57,675 bases of DNA, taken from the IMG/VR virus record IMGVR_UViG_3300006174_000002, positions 1-57,675 of that record. One strand, 5' to 3'. The notes beneath the pieces are model-generated. The model ran no database searches. It was not told the DNA's origin and was given only the letters and a program-made list of their open reading frames with translations. Origin of the DNA: a virus. Taxonomy: Duplodnaviria; Caudoviricetes. The first letter of the stretch is position 1. Each line of letters begins with the position of its first letter. This document shows positions 53,862 to 57,675 of this stretch, in pieces. Position numbers and translations under genes: made by a program.

Positions 53862-56800
53862 ATGCCCGCTCCATTACGGCCCGCAATCAAAGACAATCAG
53901 CTGCAGGAAGTGCCCGACTCGGAAGTCGAGTACGAACACCTCTCCCCCAACCAGCACCTCGGCACCCACGCCAACCTGGTTCCACTCCAGTCCGCTGTCT
54001 CCTCTGGCCGTGTGTTCTACGGTGCCCGGTTCGCCAATCAGGCACTGCCCCTGAAGACCCCTGAAGCCCCGCTGGTGCAATTGTTGAGCGATACCGACCC
54101 GGAAGGCCGGTCGTTCGATGAAATCCTTGGCAACGAGGCCGGGAACGTCAGGGCGACCCACGAGGGTAGAGTTCATTCCGTGACGCCCGACGAGATCGTG
54201 GTCAAGACCAAGGACGGCGAAATGGTCAAGCATGACACGTACGAAAATTTTCCATTCAATCGTAAAACGACCTTAACACACATCCCGCTCGTCAAAGCCG
54301 GCGACCCCGTGACGCCCGGACAGCTCCTGGCCCATTCCAACTACACCGACAAGAACGGCACCCTGGCCATGGGCACCAACGCCCGAGTCGGTATCGTCCC
54401 GTACAAAGGCCACTCCATGGACGACGCCATCGTCATCTCCACCAGCATGGCCAAACGCTTCACCGCCAACAATCTCTACGGTCACGACCTCTCATACAAA
54501 CGGGGGGTCAAGGGCGGCAAGGCGCATTACACTGGGCTGTTCACCCACAAATTCGTGAATGAGCAGCTGGACAAGCTGGACGACGACGGGGTGGTGAAGG
54601 TGGGACAGGTATTGAAGCAGGGCGATCCGTTAATCTTGGCGACTCGGCCCCGGGTGGTTAGCTCGACGACGGCGCAATTGGGTCAGCTCTCCAAGCACAT
54701 GAAGAACGCACGGAATGATGCCTCTGTGCTCTGGGATCACGAAACACCTGGTACGGTGCTGGACGTGCATCGGACGCGCTCTGGGGTCAAGGTGAACGTC
54801 AGCAGCGATGCCCCCGCGGAAGTGGGCGACAAGATCGTAGGTCGATCCGGGGCCAAGGCCACTGTGTCGACCATCGTCCCGGACGAGCACATGCCGCGTA
54901 CCGTGGATGGTAAGCCGTTGGAGATTTTACTCAATCCTCAGAGTTTGGTGTCCCGTATGAATCCGTCGCTGGCCTATGAGATTATGCTCGGCAAGGTGGC
55001 TCGGAAGACAGGCAAGACCTATAAGCTACCCTCGGTGCTGCCGAAGGGTCAGGCTTGGTATGACTTTGTGAAGGGCGAGTTGGACAAGGCGGGCGTCTCG
55101 GACAAAGAGGAAGTGTTCGATCCGTTGCTGAATCGGAAGCTGGAAAACCCAATCACGGTTGGTGATATGCATTGGCTCAAGCTCCATCACTCCTCGGAGA
55201 GCAAAGTGAGCTCGCGCGGTACTGGGAGTTACAACGCGGATCAGCAACCAAGCCATGGTGGTGGTGACATGGCTCAATCGAAGCGCATGTCTGGGTTGGA
55301 CAGCAATGCCCTGATGTCCTCCGGCGCGTACAACCTGCTCAGAGAGGGTGCGACGCTAAGGGGTACTAAGTGTTTCGACGTGCAGACGGAAGTACTGACG
55401 CGACGCGGCTGGTTGTTTTGGAAGGATGTTACGGGGTCAGATGAACTATACACGCAGGATGGTTCAGGTCGTGGTTTTTTCGAAGTGCCACAACTCCTGC
55501 ATAGGTACCAGTACACAGGTGACATGTATGGTTTTGAGGGTCGCTTCTTAGATTGGCTAGTCACGCCTGACCATAAACTTTGGATGCAGCACATCAAAGC
55601 TACCAAGGGTCCGAAGATGCGGTTCAAAACAGCAAAAGAACTACATGGTAGAACTTTCTATATCCCGCAATTCGGCTCAGTGTATCCCGGCACATTGTCT
55701 GATGATTATCGTGTGCCGATTGTCAGTCAACCTGGTTGGCGTTCAAAGGGGTTTTCAATACCAATTCACGATTATTGCGAGTTGCTTGGCTGGTGGCTAA
55801 GCGAGGGTTGTTCTATGATAGATACGGATGCAGGAAAACGTGGTTATACTCAAATATCACAATCAGAATCTGCTAATCCGAAAAAACTTGAAACTATTAT
55901 ATCGTTGGTTGAACGAATTGGTCTAAAATATAATCATTTGCGATGTGGTGGTTACTCCAGGGGTATTCGTATTCGCAATAAACCACTGGCAGCACATCTG
56001 CGTCAATATGGGACTGGCGCTGCAAATAAGCGTATTCTACCCATTATTTTTGAAGCCCCTCTTGCTGCGCGTTTGAAGTTAATTGATGCTTATATTTTAG
56101 GTGATGGTCACACGCATGTGCATAACAACACGACTAGCCGAAGGGCCAGTAGCGTATCGCGCGGGTTATTGGACGATATGCAACGGTTGGCTGTTTTATC
56201 AGGTAATGGCGGCATCATTTCGCTGATCGACAGATCGCGGGTCACAACCTCTGCATTGAGAGACGGTAGACCGCTTAACTGCCTACCTATATGGTACATC
56301 GGTTTTGCAGATAATCGGCGTAACGCCACGGTGGATGGGTGGCATCCTTCACCGAATATGAGGCATGCATATATCGAACACTATGACGGTACGGTCTACT
56401 GCGCGACCATGTCTACCGGATTGCTATACGTACGACGCAACGGCAAACCTATGTGGTCTGGAAATTGTGACAATTATTGGCGAGAGCTGCGCCAGGGGCA
56501 TGAACCCAAGGAACCCGGAACGCCTTTCATCTGGGAGAAGTTCAAAGCGTTGCTGCAGGGTGCTGGGTATCACGCTCGCCGGCTGGGCAACGGCAAGGAG
56601 CGGTTGCAGTTCCTTACGGAAAAGGACCTTGAGAAGCATAAGCCGATTCGGGTGCGTACGGGTGATCTGGTGGACATGAACGATCTGAGCCCGGTTAAGG
56701 GCGGTTTGTTCGACCCAGCGCTTACGGGTGCTGGGGCATGGGGTTTCGTACAATTACCTCATTCCATTCCAAATCCAGCGGCCCAGGACGTTGTCTGCAA

Positions 56801-56876
56801 GCTTCTCGGTTTGACAGAACGGCAATATCGCGCGGTGCTCGCTGGCGAAGAAGACATGCCGGATAACTCGAAGTAA
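53862..56876 (+). CDS. RNA polymerase beta-like C-terminal fragment fused to a beta'-like N-terminus, with intein
   Basis: NQALPL, GTLAMGTN..YKGHSMDDAIVIS, GDKIVGRSGAK, LLNPQSLVSRMN, LKLHH..SKVSSRGTGSY..QQP, then PVKGGLFDP..G..WG...LP. Confidence 0.9.
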   Translation: MPAPLRPAIKDNQLQEVPDSEVEYEHLSPNQHLGTHANLVPLQSAVSSGRVFYGARFANQALPLKTPEAPLVQLLSDTDPEGRSFDEILGNEAGNVRATHEGRVHSVTPDEIVVKTKDGEMVKHDTYENFPFNRKTTLTHIPLVKAGDPVTPGQLLAHSNYTDKNGTLAMGTNARVGIVPYKGHSMDDAIVISTSMAKRFTANNLYGHDLSYKRGVKGGKAHYTGLFTHKFVNEQLDKLDDDGVVKVGQVLKQGDPLILATRPRVVSSTTAQLGQLSKHMKNARNDASVLWDHETPGTVLDVHRTRSGVKVNVSSDAPAEVGDKIVGRSGAKATVSTIVPDEHMPRTVDGKPLEILLNPQSLVSRMNPSLAYEIMLGKVARKTGKTYKLPSVLPKGQAWYDFVKGELDKAGVSDKEEVFDPLLNRKLENPITVGDMHWLKLHHSSESKVSSRGTGSYNADQQPSHGGGDMAQSKRMSGLDSNALMSSGAYNLLREGATLRGTKCFDVQTEVLTRRGWLFWKDVTGSDELYTQDGSGRGFFEVPQLLHRYQYTGDMYGFEGRFLDWLVTPDHKLWMQHIKATKGPKMRFKTAKELHGRTFYIPQFGSVYPGTLSDDYRVPIVSQPGWRSKGFSIPIHDYCELLGWWLSEGCSMIDTDAGKRGYTQISQSESANPKKLETIISLVERIGLKYNHLRCGGYSRGIRIRNKPLAAHLRQYGTGAANKRILPIIFEAPLAARLKLIDAYILGDGHTHVHNNTTSRRASSVSRGLLDDMQRLAVLSGNGGIISLIDRSRVTTSALRDGRPLNCLPIWYIGFADNRRNATVDGWHPSPNMRHAYIEHYDGTVYCATMSTGLLYVRRNGKPMWSGNCDNYWRELRQGHEPKEPGTPFIWEKFKALLQGAGYHARRLGNGKERLQFLTEKDLEKHKPIRVRTGDLVDMNDLSPVKGGLFDPALTGAGAWGFVQLPHSIPNPAAQDVVCKLLGLTERQYRAVLAGEEDMPDNSK
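55371..56465 (+). mobile_element. intein with LAGLIDADG endonuclease
   Basis: CFDVQTEVLTRRGW start, VTPDHK, LLGWWLSEG, YILGDG, YVRRNGKPMWSGN|C end. Confidence 0.92.
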
Positions 56877-56890
56877 ACAACCAACAATTT

Positions 56891-56918
56891 AAGCCCGCCC
56901 TCACCGGCGGGCTTTTTT
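56891..56918 (+). terminator. intrinsic terminator
   Basis: AAGCCCGCC-CTCACC-GGCGGGC-TTTTTT. Confidence 0.85.
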
Positions 56919-56923
56919 CATTT

Positions 56924-57253
56924 ATGGTAAAAGAAACCGAATTCGAAGACTTCGTCGTGATGAACGACAATTTCAAGGTGGTGTGGGAACACATTGGAGA
57001 AGGCTGGAGCGGCGAGTTCGACCCGGCTGTCAGTGATGATGAACCGTTGCTCCGTTTCTCCTGCTTGCGCGGAACGAATGACGGCTGGGAGGAAGTGGAG
57101 AATGGCAGCTACTGTACGCGGTGTCCTATCAGTACGCCGAGACACGTGTTGCTACAGTTTGCTAAGCAGATACTGGAAGCGTTGAAACAACCGTCGCCGA
57201 AGCGCCGGTTGCAGGAATTGTCGTGGCTATGCCCGGCTGACTATGTTAACTGA
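56924..57253 (+). CDS. hypothetical phage protein
   Basis: IGEGWSGEFDP..DEPLLRF..SYCT motif. Confidence 0.7.
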   Translation: MVKETEFEDFVVMNDNFKVVWEHIGEGWSGEFDPAVSDDEPLLRFSCLRGTNDGWEEVENGSYCTRCPISTPRHVLLQFAKQILEALKQPSPKRRLQELSWLCPADYVN

Positions 57254-57473
57254 AATCTTCTGGCTAAATCACAAAGGCCAGTTCCGGCGGCACGCAATCA
57301 TTCGGTGCACCTACTTCTACGCCTTAGACTGGTGGCGTCGCAGCATTATGGAATGTCAGGGTACTGCAGATATGAGCCTGGATGAGCGTCGGTGTTCGAA
57401 GTTGCAGCTGTTAAGAATTCGCAATCACATTGCCGAGCCGCACTTTGCGTGTCTCGGTTACGGTCCAATTTAA
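57243..57473 (+). CDS. hypothetical protein
   Basis: Overlapping ORF. Confidence 0.5.
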   Translation: MLTEIFWLNHKGQFRRHAIIRCTYFYALDWWRRSIMECQGTADMSLDERRCSKLQLLRIRNHIAEPHFACLGYGPI

Positions 57474-57480
57474 TTAATCT

Positions 57481-57675
57481 ATGAGTGATCGTTGTTACAT
57501 GACGGCGTACTGCCGTCCGCAAGATATCAAGGTGTTCGAGGACATTGGGTTTACACTACAGAATGATCCAGCCGCCCCATTGTCCATCCTGGTCGACGAG
57601 GAAGCTGATTACGCACACTGCAATGACATTCCGAAGAACGTGAAGTGGTACGGCGCCAGCTTCGCCGGGTACGAG
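57481..57675 (+). CDS. hypothetical protein, truncated by window end
   Basis: MSDRCYM..., open to the end of the window. Confidence 0.55.
   Translation, partial: MSDRCYMTAYCRPQDIKVFEDIGFTLQNDPAAPLSILVDEEADYAHCNDIPKNVKWYGASFAGYE

Noticed and set aside
27191-56876. Split-intein trans-splicing joining the RNAP fragments
   Set aside because: Both RNAP inteins are complete and internal, with N- and C-terminal motifs in the same ORF. No fragment ends in a half-intein.
27191-56876. Decayed cellular rpoB pseudogene
   Set aside because: The fragments are intact ORFs with their own promoters, retained catalytic residues and intact inteins, in a phage-like context with no ribosomal operon.
1-57675. 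Numerous minus-strand ORFs in the track (e.g. 7088..7735, 12664..13326, 20470..21159, 52114..52842)
   Set aside because: They are antisense shadows of well-supported + strand genes in GC-rich DNA and carry no recognisable motifs.
1-57675. Alternative genetic code (stop-codon reassignment)
   Set aside because: Long genes are intact in code 11, and TAA, TGA and TAG all end genes at sensible overlaps.

Overview
This is a 57.7-kb segment of what looks like a large (jumbo-type) tailed phage genome. Essentially all credible genes are on the + strand, densely packed and often coupled by ATGA/TAATG overlaps. Recognisable products are an intein-containing RecQ-type helicase, a probable portal plus a block of Gly/Ala-rich putative virion proteins, an XRE HTH protein, a DUF1064 nuclease, an HD phosphohydrolase, a HAD 5'-nucleotidase, a MazG-like pyrophosphatase, a DEDDh exonuclease, GroES, an EamA-type transporter, a lysozyme-like protein, a GNAT, a Thr/Asn-rich Ig-repeat surface protein followed by two glycosyltransferases, and a membrane-PAS protein. 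Five things stand out. (1) A multisubunit RNA polymerase beta subunit is split into three dispersed genes, two carrying inteins, and the last appears fused to a zinc-ribbon-less beta' N-terminus. (2) A TnpB-only IS200/IS605 element sits exactly inside a gene's ATGAA start, borrows that start codon, and supplies a new in-frame start for the interrupted gene. (3) There is a roughly 400-nt highly structured intergenic RNA candidate that I do not recognise. (4) Leaderless sigma70-type promoters recur in front of isolated putative virion/RNAP genes. (5) A K-x-A motif recurs in those proteins. AT-rich Shine-Dalgarno-less starts and the TN-rich protein hint at a Verrucomicrobiota-like host (inference). 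All family calls come from reading motifs by eye; no searches were run.
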